This document shows, piece after piece, positions 8,341-19,743 of a stretch of DNA of 64,000 nt. Every line of letters starts with the position of its first letter. The first letter of the stretch is position 1. Source of the DNA: Bacteroidales bacterium (GTDB lineage Bacteria > Bacteroidota > Bacteroidia > Bacteroidales > UBA932); assembly GCA_017427885.1 (NCBI GenBank), contig JAFRRW010000013.1:70828-134827 (forward strand), in the 5' to 3' direction. The notes beneath the pieces were generated by a model. It ran no database searches. It was not told the origin of the DNA and saw only the letters and a program-made list of their open reading frames with translations. The position numbers were made by a program, and so were the translations under genes.

Positions 8341-10356
8341 CTAAAGATAATCGTTGAAATAATTTGAAACCTTGTCCATCAGGTGGATACGGTCCCTGCC
8401 CATCACGTTGTGTTCAGCCACGGGGTAGGGGAAATAATCCACCTGGACATTGTTCCTGATGCATTCCTGGACGAAGCTGAGGCTGTGCTCCCAGACCACG
8501 GTATTGTCGATGGCGCCCTGGCAGATGAGGAGCTTGCCCCTGAGGTCCTTCGCCTTGTTTATGAGGGAAGTCTTCGCAAATCCTTCGGGATTGGTTTCCA
8601 TGGTGTCCATATACCTCTCTCCATACATTATCTCATACCATTTCCAGTCTATCACGGGACCTCCGGCAACTCCGACCTTGAACACATCCGGATAGTTGGT
8701 CATAAGGGAGATGGTCATGAAGCCTCCGTAACTCCAGCCGTGTACTCCGATCCTGTCGGCATCCACCCAGGGAAGGGATTTCAGCATCTTGATGCCTTCC
8801 ATCTGGTCGGCCATCTCGTTCTGTCCGCACTGGCGGTGGATGACCTTCTCAAATTCTTCACCCCTGTTCTGGGTGCCCCTGTTGTCCTGGACATAGACCA
8901 CATAGCCCCTCTGGGCCATATACATCTCCCACATCCTCACCTGGCCGAGCCAGCTGTCGTTGACCATCTGGGAATGGGGTCCTCCATATACATACAGGAT
9001 TACCGGATATTTCTTCGAAGGATCGAAGCCAAGCGGCTTGAAAAGCCTGTACCAGTTGTCGTATTTGCCGTCAGCGCTCTTCACCGTGCCGAAATCCACC
9101 TCGCACTGGGCGTAATCGGCGAGGGGGTCGGGGGCGGTCATCAGGTTGCGGACCCTCTGGCCGTCCGAGGTCATCAGGTTGGCCACGCCGGGCACGTTGA
9201 GGCTCGACCAGACGTCCACGTAGAACTTGCAGTCCGGATCCATCGAGATGTCGTGCCAGCCCTCCTCCTTGGTGAGGCGTACGGGCTTACCGATTTTCAC
9301 GAGGTCAACTCCCTGCTGGTTCTTCTTCCAGGAAAGGCTGACCTTGAAGAGATGGTTCTCTACGGGGGAGACTTCGGCGGAAGTGTACCACACGGTCTCT
9401 CCGTCGTTGCCCACATATTCCACGTCAGCGTTCACCGCGGTGAGCCTGCGTACCGTTCCGAGGGTGTCGCAGAGATAGAGGTTCCTGTAGCCGTCCCTGT
9501 TGTCAGTCCTGTAAATGAATTCATTTTTCCCCTTCAGGAATCGGATGGGGTCGAGGGGCTCGGTGTATCTGGGATTGTCCTCGGAGAGGATGGTTCTCAC
9601 GAAAGAGCCGTCATCGGCCCTGTACTGGTTCAGGCGGCAGTGCTTCTGGGTACGGTCGAGCACCTGGATGAAGACATATCTGTCGTCGGGGGACCAGGAG
9701 ATGTTGGTGAGATAGCGGTCGTCGTCGAAGTCGGTGACGTCGGCCCAGACCGTCTTGCCCGTGCGTGTGTCATATATTCCGAGGGAAACGACCTCGGAGG
9801 CCATTCCGTTCATGGGATATTTGATGTTCACGAGGGAGCCTGTCCTGGTGGTTATGTCAAGCAGGGGGAAGTCGGTCACCTTGGACTCGTCCTTGCGGTA
9901 GAAAGCCAGGCGGGTGCCCGAGGGGGACCAGAATATGCCCCCATTGATGCCGAATTCGTTGCGGCTGACGCTCTGCCCGTAGGTGATTTGGTCGGATTCG
10001 CTGTTCGCCACGGTCACGGTATCTCCCTTTGGATCAAGGATACACAGGCTTTTACCCTTGTTGATGGTCCTCGGCTGCATGGCCTGAGGCTTCAGGTCTT
10101 TCCTGTTAACTTCCTTTCCGGATATGTCGAAGAATTTCCAATCTCCTCCCTGATAGAGGGTGTATGTCTTGGAATCCACCCATCTCGGATAGGCCCTCTG
10201 CGGCCTTGTGGCAGGGTTGACTATGGCATCTTCCATAGTGAGGACCTTTCCGTCCGGGTTGGAGGCCGGATGGACGGAGACGACCCCGCTCTGGGCGAAT
10301 GCCGCGGGGGAGAGGAGGATGAGGACGGCTGCGGCCGTCAGGCTATTCCGAATCAT
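8341..10356 (-). CDS. S9B peptidase, prolyl tripeptidyl peptidase (PtpA)/DPP IV-like, secreted
   Basis: Signal peptide, RNEFGI..GIFWSP, YVYGGPHSQ, GWSYGG nucleophile, and D/H triad (IDNTV, EHNV). Confidence 0.9.
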   Translation of the reverse strand: MIRNSLTAAAVLILLSPAAFAQSGVVSVHPASNPDGKVLTMEDAIVNPATRPQRAYPRWVDSKTYTLYQGGDWKFFDISGKEVNRKDLKPQAMQPRTINKGKSLCILDPKGDTVTVANSESDQITYGQSVSRNEFGINGGIFWSPSGTRLAFYRKDESKVTDFPLLDITTRTGSLVNIKYPMNGMASEVVSLGIYDTRTGKTVWADVTDFDDDRYLTNISWSPDDRYVFIQVLDRTQKHCRLNQYRADDGSFVRTILSEDNPRYTEPLDPIRFLKGKNEFIYRTDNRDGYRNLYLCDTLGTVRRLTAVNADVEYVGNDGETVWYTSAEVSPVENHLFKVSLSWKKNQQGVDLVKIGKPVRLTKEEGWHDISMDPDCKFYVDVWSSLNVPGVANLMTSDGQRVRNLMTAPDPLADYAQCEVDFGTVKSADGKYDNWYRLFKPLGFDPSKKYPVILYVYGGPHSQMVNDSWLGQVRMWEMYMAQRGYVVYVQDNRGTQNRGEEFEKVIHRQCGQNEMADQMEGIKMLKSLPWVDADRIGVHGWSYGGFMTISLMTNYPDVFKVGVAGGPVIDWKWYEIMYGERYMDTMETNPEGFAKTSLINKAKDLRGKLLICQGAIDNTVVWEHSLSFVQECIRNNVQVDYFPYPVAEHNVMGRDRIHLMDKVSNYFNDYL

Positions 10357-10780
10357 AGAATTGGGATGATGTGTTTTCGTGTACCGCCACTATCCTGTCC
10401 ACTATATGTTTCTGCATTCCCCTCCAGGGGAGGGCGCCGAAATATTCCTTGTAGTGTAGTTCAACCGTCTTGCCGCTGCAGCGCATCAGCTCGTCGGCCA
10501 CGGCCTTGTCGGTCACGGAGAACTCGAACACGTAGGAACCTACGGCGTTGCTGTCGCCGTTCCCATAGGTGATTACGCTCATGTTGGAACCCTTGAATCC
10601 CGCCTGTATCAGCCTGCCTTCGTAGGTCTTGAAGACTACTCCCTTGAGGGTGAATTGGTTGAGTTCACCTGCTTTTACGCCGTCGCCGAAGACGAAATAG
10701 AACCGGATGGCGAAGAAGGCCGCCAGGCCCACGATGATCACAGCCAGTGTCCACAGCGCAATTTTCTTGAATGTATTCAT
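10343..10780 (-). CDS. Conserved Bacteroidetes membrane-anchored hypothetical protein
   Basis: N-terminal TM helix, KG..FKTYEG and FEFSV motifs. First gene of the operon after the TATATTTG box. Confidence 0.75.
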   Translation of the reverse strand: MNTFKKIALWTLAVIIVGLAAFFAIRFYFVFGDGVKAGELNQFTLKGVVFKTYEGRLIQAGFKGSNMSVITYGNGDSNAVGSYVFEFSVTDKAVADELMRCSGKTVELHYKEYFGALPWRGMQKHIVDRIVAVHENTSSQFYDSE

Positions 10781-10804
10781 GGCTTTGAGATTTTAACCCA
10801 TCCA

Positions 10805-10812
10805 CAAATATA
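10805..10812 (-). promoter_or_regulatory. Bacteroidetes -7 promoter box for the hypothetical-peptidase-clpPX-pyrF-nfnAB operon
   Basis: TATATTTG on the minus strand, 25 bp upstream of the ATG. Confidence 0.65.
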
Positions 10813-10843
10813 ACCATTTCTACAGCAAGGTGCAAGAGGAGTC

Positions 10844-13615
10844 TTACTGGACGATGTCGTCGAAACGCATGAGATAGGTGTCGTACTGGGTCAGGAAGGG
10901 GTGGAAGGGGGTGGGGACGCCGTCAGGGGAGAGGAAGAGGTCCTTCAGGATCCGGGGCGCGCTGCCTGCTTCTACCTTGTAGAGGTAGAACTCGCCGCTG
11001 ACGGTGCCGATGGCATCGGCCATGACGGTGTGGGAAGACCTATTGAATTTCGGTCCCATTCCGGAAACGGCGGCGTTGTAAGTCAAGACAATGCCCTTGT
11101 CGGTCTGTTCGAAACTGATGTCCCCGCTGCGGCAGAGCATCAGGACTCCGTTGCCGTCCCTGTCCGTCAGGAGGGCCGCATCGACGCCGCGGCGGTTGCC
11201 TTCGAAATACAGGTCGTCCTTGTGAAGGGCCCAGAAGCCATACCTGCCGGCCCTGTACCTTCCGGGATATGTCGGCATCACGCCGTTGCCGATCCACTGT
11301 ACCCTGTCTATGGCGGGGTTGAGCAGGAAGGCGACGCCGAACTCCGTCAGAGCCATTTCCATCTTTGCCGGAGTCAGAGAGAATGATACCCGGGTGGCGT
11401 TCCCGGCCTTTCCCGTCTTTATGGACGTCTTTATCTGCCCCGCCCGGGAGCCGTCAGGAGAGAGCCTGAGCAGATAGCGCTCGAACCTTCTGCCTTTGAG
11501 TCTCTTGATTTCGGTAAGGGTGGCCTTGCGGCCTACCCTCACCAAGGGGCCTTCCTGCATGGCGTCGATGGGGTCGCCGGAATCCCTGTCGAGTCTCGCG
11601 ATGATGCGGGAAGCGGGGTCGGACGGCATGACGGGAACGGACTGCCGGTTGATGATACGTCCGTGGGCGTCGGAAACTTCAAGGTTCAGGATACGTATGC
11701 CGCCTTTCCCGGGGGAGTAAAGTTCTCCGGGTTCCCATTCTACCGTACTTCGAGGGGGGCAGTCGGGTGAGAATGAACCCCTTGCGACAGTATCCCTGTC
11801 TTCCGTCAGGGTCCAGTCGAAAGTGACGTTCCCCTTGAGGTTGATGAAATCATAGCGGTTGCGGATATGGAGCGGGCTTCCTGCGGTGAGGATGCTGTCC
11901 GTAACGGCCGCCTGGGCGTAGTTGTGCCGGAGTTCATAATAGTTGGGAAGGGGAATCCTGTTGGGGTAGAGCATCCCGTCCATGAGGTCGTCCTCGCTGA
12001 GGTCGAAACCTCCTGTTTCCGATGTATAGATCTTGTATTCGAATCCATAGAATCCGTTTGCCTTCTTGCCGGCATCTTTGAACGGGGCGCCCTGGTCCAC
12101 CCATTCCCATACGCAGCCTCCGGCGAGCCAGGGGGTGCGCTCTATGATCTCCCACATTATGTCATGGTCTTCGAAGGAGTTGCCCAGGGAATGGCAGTAT
12201 TCGGTGAAAATGACAGGACGGTCGCTTCTCCGGTAGAAACCGAGAAGGTCGTTGATGCGGGGATAGTGTGGGGCGTAAATGTCTATGAAAGAGGGGAGAT
12301 CGTAGTTAAGACCTGTGAAATAACTTCCTATCTGAGGGTAACAGATGGGCCTCGTGGAATCAATGGACTTCACGTATTTCCCAACTTCGATGCAGATGTC
12401 GGTGAGGTCGTTCTCATTGCCTACGCTCCATATCAGCACGCAGGGATGGTTCTTGTCCCTCATGATGGTGGCTTCAGCCCTGTACCTTAGTATTTCATAA
12501 TAATCCGGGTCGTTGAGATGTTCCTCGCCGTAGCCGAAGGGTACTTCATCGATTATGTAGAATCCAAGGGAATCGGCGAGTTCGTAGAAACGCGGTTCCC
12601 TCGGGTAGTGGGAGGTACGTATGCAGTTTACGCCGGCCTCCTTCATCAATGTCATGTCTTTCAGCAGCAGGGAGTCGGAGATGACCTTCATCGTGAACGG
12701 GTCGGTGGCGTGGTTGGCGACTCCACGGAATTTTATCGGCTGTCCGTTGAGTTTGATGACCTTCCCGTCGATGGTGAGTTCCCTGAATCCGAATTTGTGC
12801 TCGAAGGTCTGGAGGACCTTGTTCTTCCGCATCAGCCTGGTCCGTAGAGTATACAGGTACGGGGTTTCGGCTGTCCAGGGTTTCGGATCGCTTACCCTGG
12901 ACTTTCCGACGACCTTCCCGTCCGCATCAAGGATTTCATTGATTACCCTTGTGTCCTTGTCCGCTCCCGCTATCCTGGCGTCCACCTTTACCTCTCCAGA
13001 CAGGTCCGCATGGATGGTCAGGTCGGAAAGATGTGTTTCGGGAACCGCCACCATTGAAACGTCCCGGATGATGCCGCAGGGCGACCAGTCGTCGTTGATG
13101 TCGAAGCCGTAGCTCTCGTGCTGCGAGATGACCCGCATTGCGAGTTCCTGGTCCACAGAACCTTCGTTCAGGAATGGGGTGACGTCGAAAAGGGCGGTGT
13201 TATATCCCGAATGCCAGGTCCCGGCGTAGTGTCCGTTGACCCAGAGGTCATAGCCGTAAAGGACTCCGTCAAACCTCAGGACGATCCTCTGTCCTTTCCA
13301 CCTTGCAGGCACACGGAAAGACGTCCGGTAGTAGCCGGAAATCGGCTGTGTCTTGGCGTAATTGGTGTGCCAAAAGCCGTAGGTTTCCCAGCATCCGGGG
13401 ACAGGTATGCTGCCCCAGGAAGGGTCTTCCGCAGGCACGGAAATGTCATCCGTGATGCCTTCCACCACCTTGAGGGCCCACGTCCCGTTGAGGCTTATCT
13501 TCATGGACGGGTCTGTAACCGGCAGTATGCCTTTGAATGCGTCTCCGATGTTTTGGGAGTTGACGGTGATGGCCAGAAAGATGCAGAATGCAGCCAGAAG
13601 GATTCTTTTCGTCAT
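10844..13615 (-). CDS. Glycoside hydrolase family 2 (beta-galactosidase-like), secreted
   Basis: Likely start MTKRILLAAF (13615) with signal peptide. RTSHYP, WSVGNE (acid/base) and FTEY (nucleophile) motifs. Confidence 0.88.
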   Translation of the reverse strand: MTKRILLAAFCIFLAITVNSQNIGDAFKGILPVTDPSMKISLNGTWALKVVEGITDDISVPAEDPSWGSIPVPGCWETYGFWHTNYAKTQPISGYYRTSFRVPARWKGQRIVLRFDGVLYGYDLWVNGHYAGTWHSGYNTALFDVTPFLNEGSVDQELAMRVISQHESYGFDINDDWSPCGIIRDVSMVAVPETHLSDLTIHADLSGEVKVDARIAGADKDTRVINEILDADGKVVGKSRVSDPKPWTAETPYLYTLRTRLMRKNKVLQTFEHKFGFRELTIDGKVIKLNGQPIKFRGVANHATDPFTMKVISDSLLLKDMTLMKEAGVNCIRTSHYPREPRFYELADSLGFYIIDEVPFGYGEEHLNDPDYYEILRYRAEATIMRDKNHPCVLIWSVGNENDLTDICIEVGKYVKSIDSTRPICYPQIGSYFTGLNYDLPSFIDIYAPHYPRINDLLGFYRRSDRPVIFTEYCHSLGNSFEDHDIMWEIIERTPWLAGGCVWEWVDQGAPFKDAGKKANGFYGFEYKIYTSETGGFDLSEDDLMDGMLYPNRIPLPNYYELRHNYAQAAVTDSILTAGSPLHIRNRYDFINLKGNVTFDWTLTEDRDTVARGSFSPDCPPRSTVEWEPGELYSPGKGGIRILNLEVSDAHGRIINRQSVPVMPSDPASRIIARLDRDSGDPIDAMQEGPLVRVGRKATLTEIKRLKGRRFERYLLRLSPDGSRAGQIKTSIKTGKAGNATRVSFSLTPAKMEMALTEFGVAFLLNPAIDRVQWIGNGVMPTYPGRYRAGRYGFWALHKDDLYFEGNRRGVDAALLTDRDGNGVLMLCRSGDISFEQTDKGIVLTYNAAVSGMGPKFNRSSHTVMADAIGTVSGEFYLYKVEAGSAPRILKDLFLSPDGVPTPFHPFLTQYDTYLMRFDDIVQ

Positions 13616-13644
13616 TATTTGTTTTCTACAGGCGTGGAGGAAAT

Positions 13645-13693
13645 AAAAAAAAGAAGAAAGGCAGCCTCCCCTCCATGGCATAACCTTTCTTCT
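13645..13693 (-). terminator. Intrinsic terminator after tRNA-Glu
   Basis: AGAAGAAAGG / CCTTTCTTCT stem followed by a T-run on the minus strand. Confidence 0.6.
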
Positions 13694-13712
13694 AACGGCT
13701 GTGAAGCCGTCG

Positions 13713-13784
13713 TACTGGGTACGGGAATCGAACCCATATTACAAGATTGAGAATCTTGTGTACTGACCGTTATACGAACCCAGC
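13713..13784 (-). tRNA. tRNA-Glu (anticodon CTC)
   Basis: GCTGGGT/ACCCAGT acceptor stem, CAAGA-TTCTCAA-TCTTG anticodon arm, GGTTCGATTCC T-arm. CCA not encoded. Confidence 0.93.
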
Positions 13785-13799
13785 GTTATCGGTGGACTG

Positions 13800-13807
13800 C
13801 AAAGATA
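13800..13807 (-). promoter_or_regulatory. -7 promoter box of tRNA-Glu
   Basis: TATCTTTG on the minus strand just upstream of the tRNA. Confidence 0.7.
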
Positions 13808-13857
13808 TACAAAAAATATCATCCTCCAAATTTTTTTTGATTCAAAGGATATCATTA

Positions 13858-13933
13858 CCGGAGGATGGATTCCCATAAGCGAGCATTGCGGCGTCAGCCG
13901 TGTATCTGGGAGCGTTGGGAATCCATTCCCCGG
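13858..13933 (+). repeat. Family 1 copy D (covarying stem)
   Basis: CCGGAGGATGGATTCCCA / TGGGAATCCATTCCCCGG arms around TAAGCGAGCATTGCGGC-GTCA-GCCGTGTATCTGGGAGCGT. Confidence 0.92.
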
Positions 13934-13952
13934 GGAGAGAGGGGGGAAGAGC

Positions 13953-13988
13953 AAAAAAAAAGATGGCCGTCATTGACGCCATCCTTTT
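13953..13988 (-). terminator. Intrinsic terminator of rpmE2
   Basis: GATGGC..GTCA/TGAC..GCCATC stem with an A-run on + (U-run on -). Confidence 0.7.
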
Positions 13989-14008
13989 CAACCTTGTCAG
14001 GAAGGAAA

Positions 14009-14260
14009 TTATTTCTTCCTGCTCTTGTATCTCTGATAGAACTGATCCACGCGGCCAGCGGTGTCCACGAGCTTGACTTTGCCGGTGTAGAAAGGATGCG
14101 AGGTATTGGAAATCTCGATCTTAACTACGGGATATTCGACTCCGTCCACCATCAGAGTCTCCTTGGTCTCGGCGCAAGAGCGGGTGATAAACACAGTGTC
14201 GTTGGACATATCCTTGAAAGCTACAAGACGGTAGGTTTCGGGATGAATTCCTTTTTTCAT
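14009..14260 (-). CDS. rpmE2: 50S ribosomal protein L31 type B (zinc-independent)
   Basis: MKKGIHP...SHPFYTGK...DTAGRV, with no CxxC pairs. Confidence 0.95.
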   Translation of the reverse strand: MKKGIHPETYRLVAFKDMSNDTVFITRSCAETKETLMVDGVEYPVVKIEISNTSHPFYTGKVKLVDTAGRVDQFYQRYKSRKK

Positions 14261-14330
14261 TGTCTGTTGTTTTTAAATGGACGGCAAATATAGCACTTGA
14301 TTTCCTATTTTCAAAATCTTCCCGAAATTT

Positions 14331-15395
14331 TTATTTAATCCTGTACGGCTGGTCGGGATAGAGGGAGAAACGCTTCGCCTTGCGGATCCATTTCTGCTCC
14401 CCGGCCTTGATGTGCTCGCGCGTCTCCTGCAGGGAAACGTTGCCCCGGATGTATTCCATTATGCGTGCGTCGGCCATCTTCGTTTCGAACTCGGGATGGA
14501 GTTCGAACTGGGAATACCTGCCCAGGAAGTATCTGACCAGCTGGATGGTATGAAGCAGGGAGTGGTACTGGGTGCCCGGCTCCAGCATTATCTGGTAGCC
14601 GTGGCAGAGTTGCCCCTCGTAAAGTCCAGTGGCAGGAGTGAAAGTGCAGGGCCTCATCATCACTCCCGCAGGGGCGGGAATCCTCTCAAGGGGGCTGTGC
14701 ATGATGAAAGGTGCGCCGAAATACTCGTAAGGACGGGAAGTACCGATCCCGGGGGTGATGGTGGTGTTGTTCCAGAGGCCGCCGCCGCTGTACATCAGGC
14801 AGGTGAACATTCCGGGGATGTCCGAGGCGGGGGCTATAGTCCATGGGAGTATCTGCCTTGTGGAATCTGAAGCCAGGGCGGAAATGACGTGGAGGGGGAA
14901 TCTGGCGCCGATCTCGGAATAATAAAGGTTGCAGAGTTCCCCGAGGGTGAGTCCGTGACGGTGAACCACTCCCGGGACGTGGAATTCCATCTTTCCCGAA
15001 GGAATGGTGCCCTCCACGACCCTGCCGGCAGGGTTTATGTGGTCGACTATGTACAGGGCGGGGGAGTCTTCCATCCCGGCCAGGGTTTCCATCAGGTCCA
15101 TCACGTCCCTGGTGTAGTTGAAATACCTGGCTCCAACGTCCTGGATTTCCACGACGATGGCGTCCAGCCCGCTGAGTTCCCCGGTCTCGAAGGCGATGTG
15201 ATTCGTTCCCGGGGTGAGCTCGGCGTATTTTGGGGAAAAGACTTTCGCCAGGTTGCCCCTCTCCCGGAACAGGTCGTACATATACCTGTCCCTTCCGGTG
15301 TCCCAGCAGTTCTGGGTGCAGAAGCAGCCCACCCTGCCGTCCAGCAGGGCCTTGTCTATCTGGTCTTCCAGAGGGGTGGTCCTGAACGAGAACAT
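14331..15395 (-). CDS. DUF1343/NamZ (exo-beta-N-acetylmuramidase) family protein, apparently degenerate
   Basis: IQDVGARYFNY, D.INP, HGLTLGEL and GT.RPYEYFGAP motifs. Confidence 0.8.
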   Translation of the reverse strand: MFSFRTTPLEDQIDKALLDGRVGCFCTQNCWDTGRDRYMYDLFRERGNLAKVFSPKYAELTPGTNHIAFETGELSGLDAIVVEIQDVGARYFNYTRDVMDLMETLAGMEDSPALYIVDHINPAGRVVEGTIPSGKMEFHVPGVVHRHGLTLGELCNLYYSEIGARFPLHVISALASDSTRQILPWTIAPASDIPGMFTCLMYSGGGLWNNTTITPGIGTSRPYEYFGAPFIMHSPLERIPAPAGVMMRPCTFTPATGLYEGQLCHGYQIMLEPGTQYHSLLHTIQLVRYFLGRYSQFELHPEFETKMADARIMEYIRGNVSLQETREHIKAGEQKWIRKAKRFSLYPDQPYRIK

Positions 15396-15396
15396 A

Positions 15397-16851
15397 TTAT
15401 TGTCCGATGACTTTCTTTGCGATGGCGATCACCTCGTCGGCAAGCTCCTGGGCCTCGTCGGCGGTCGGTGCCTCGGAATATATCCGGATGATCGGCTCTG
15501 TGTTGGAGCGGCGCAGGTGCACCCAGGAACGGGAATCCTCGAAATCCACCTTGACGCCGTCGATGTCATTCACTTTCTGTGATGAGTATCTCTCCTTGAC
15601 CTCAGAGAGGATCCTGTCGATCAATGCGCTGTCGCTCAAGTCGATGCGGTTCTTCACGATGGAATACTGCGGAAGCGCCGCCTTGATCTCGCTGACTTTC
15701 TTCTTCTTTGCGGCCATATAGCTCAGGAAGAGCCCTACACCAACCATCGCGTCGCGTCCGGCGTGGATTGCGGGGAAGATGACTCCTCCGTTGCCCTCGC
15801 CTCCGATCAGGGCTTCCTTCTCGTGGATGAGGGTGGTGACGTTTACCTCCCCGACCGCCGAAGCGAAGTACTGGCCTCCCCATTTCTCGGTCACGTCCCT
15901 GAGGGCCCTCGAAGAAGAAAGGTTCGAGACGGACACCGGTGCGAAGGGGGCTGTGGCTTCCATCAGGCTGATATTCGCGGCATCAGCCACTTTGGCGGCC
16001 CGTTCAAAGAGGTAGTCGGCCACGGCCACGAGGGTATTCTCCTCCACGAAGGGGGTGCCGTCCTCGCAGATGAATGCCAGGCGGTCTACGTCGGGATCGA
16101 CCGAGATTCCGAGGTCGGCGTGGTACTGCAGCACGGCCTCGCTGAGTTCCTTGAGGTTGGAGGGAAGGGGTTCCGGGTTGTGGGCGAAATCACCCGTGAC
16201 TTCGTGGTTGATGGTTATGCAGTTCACACCGAGCCTTTCGAGAAGGCGGGGCAGTATGATGGCACCTACCGAATTGACCGGGTCCAGGACGACCGTGAAG
16301 CCGGCATCCCTGATCCAGTCCTCTTCTACGTCCTTCAGGTCGATGACCGCCTGGATGTGCTCGTCGGTGAAATCGTGTTCGCTGACCTTGCCGAGACAGT
16401 CAACGCAGGCGAAATCGAAATCTCCTTTTTCCGCGCAGTCCAGGACGGCCTGGCCTTCGGCGGCGCTGAGGAATTCTCCCTTCTCGTTCAGGAGCTTGAG
16501 GGCGTTCCACTGGCGGGGGTTGTGGGAGGCGGTGATGATTATGCCGCCGTCTGCCTTGGACAGGATGACGGCCATCTCAGTCGTGGGCGTGGAGGCATAT
16601 CCGGCCTTGACCACATCGACGCCACAGGAGACGAGGGTTCCGACCACAAGGTTTTCCACCATGGATCCGGAGATACGTCCGTCTTTGCCGACCACTACCT
16701 TATAGCGTTCCCCGGCAGGTTTGGGAAACCTCTGCCGCAGTCTTGTGCAATAGGCATAGGTGAACTTTACGATGTCCACCGGGGTAAGGTTGTCACCCGG
16801 AGCGCCTCCTATGGTGCCCCGTATGCCGGAAATGGATTTGATGAGGGCCAT
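15397..16851 (-). CDS. glmM: Phosphoglucosamine mutase
   Basis: Start MALIKSISGIRG, TASHNP, DPDVDR and GGEGNGG motifs. Confidence 0.93.
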   Translation of the reverse strand: MALIKSISGIRGTIGGAPGDNLTPVDIVKFTYAYCTRLRQRFPKPAGERYKVVVGKDGRISGSMVENLVVGTLVSCGVDVVKAGYASTPTTEMAVILSKADGGIIITASHNPRQWNALKLLNEKGEFLSAAEGQAVLDCAEKGDFDFACVDCLGKVSEHDFTDEHIQAVIDLKDVEEDWIRDAGFTVVLDPVNSVGAIILPRLLERLGVNCITINHEVTGDFAHNPEPLPSNLKELSEAVLQYHADLGISVDPDVDRLAFICEDGTPFVEENTLVAVADYLFERAAKVADAANISLMEATAPFAPVSVSNLSSSRALRDVTEKWGGQYFASAVGEVNVTTLIHEKEALIGGEGNGGVIFPAIHAGRDAMVGVGLFLSYMAAKKKKVSEIKAALPQYSIVKNRIDLSDSALIDRILSEVKERYSSQKVNDIDGVKVDFEDSRSWVHLRRSNTEPIIRIYSEAPTADEAQELADEVIAIAKKVIGQ

Positions 16852-16855
16852 ATCC

Positions 16856-19135
<2,280 letters not shown>

Positions 19136-19139
<4 letters not shown>

Positions 19140-19741
19140 GATCCTGCCTCCTCTTCTTCCTGGTGACGGTTCTTCACTATCTTCGACGAGGCCTTGGAGA
19201 GATTCTCCTCGTCTTCCATATATCTCTTTATCTTCCTGATGGCCTCCTGGTATCCCGGGATCTGGACCTTCTCATACAGGTTGACCTTCTGCGTGGTCTT
19301 CTTTCTCTGCCAGTCCAGGATCCTGGCCTTCTCCTTGCAGACCTCAGACTCTATCCCGAGGCTGGAGAGTTCCTTGAGGATGGCCACCCCGTCGGCGTAC
19401 CAGGCCGGCTTTACGAAGGCGTTGAAGGGGCGGATCTCGTAGTGGATGTCCTTCAGCTGAGGGGTCTTCACTCCCGCCACCTTCACGGTCTCGAGGTCCA
19501 CGTCCGTAATCCTGATCAGGCCAGGGTCGAATTCGTTCCAGAGGGCTGAGAGATAGTCATATTTCAAAATCGAGGCGTCCAGGTCCTTAAGAAGCTGCTC
19601 CGAACGTTCCTTCGCACGGCGCACCTCCAGCCTCAGGGCGCTCTCCTTGTTCTGCAGGGTAGGGAGGGCGTTCTGCCTGACTTTCAGCTGCTTCGTGATT
19701 TCGTTCAGAGAAGTCTTGTTGTATTGGAACTTGATAGCCAT
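19136..19741 (-). CDS. ntpD: V-type ATPase subunit D
   Basis: ALPTL..KESALR and KTTQKVNLYEKVQIP. Confidence 0.92.
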
Positions 19742-19743
19742 CG

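Noticed and set aside
13713-13784. tRNA-Glu as the attachment site of an integrated element
   Set aside because: No duplicate of the tRNA 3' end was noticed and there is no integrase in the window
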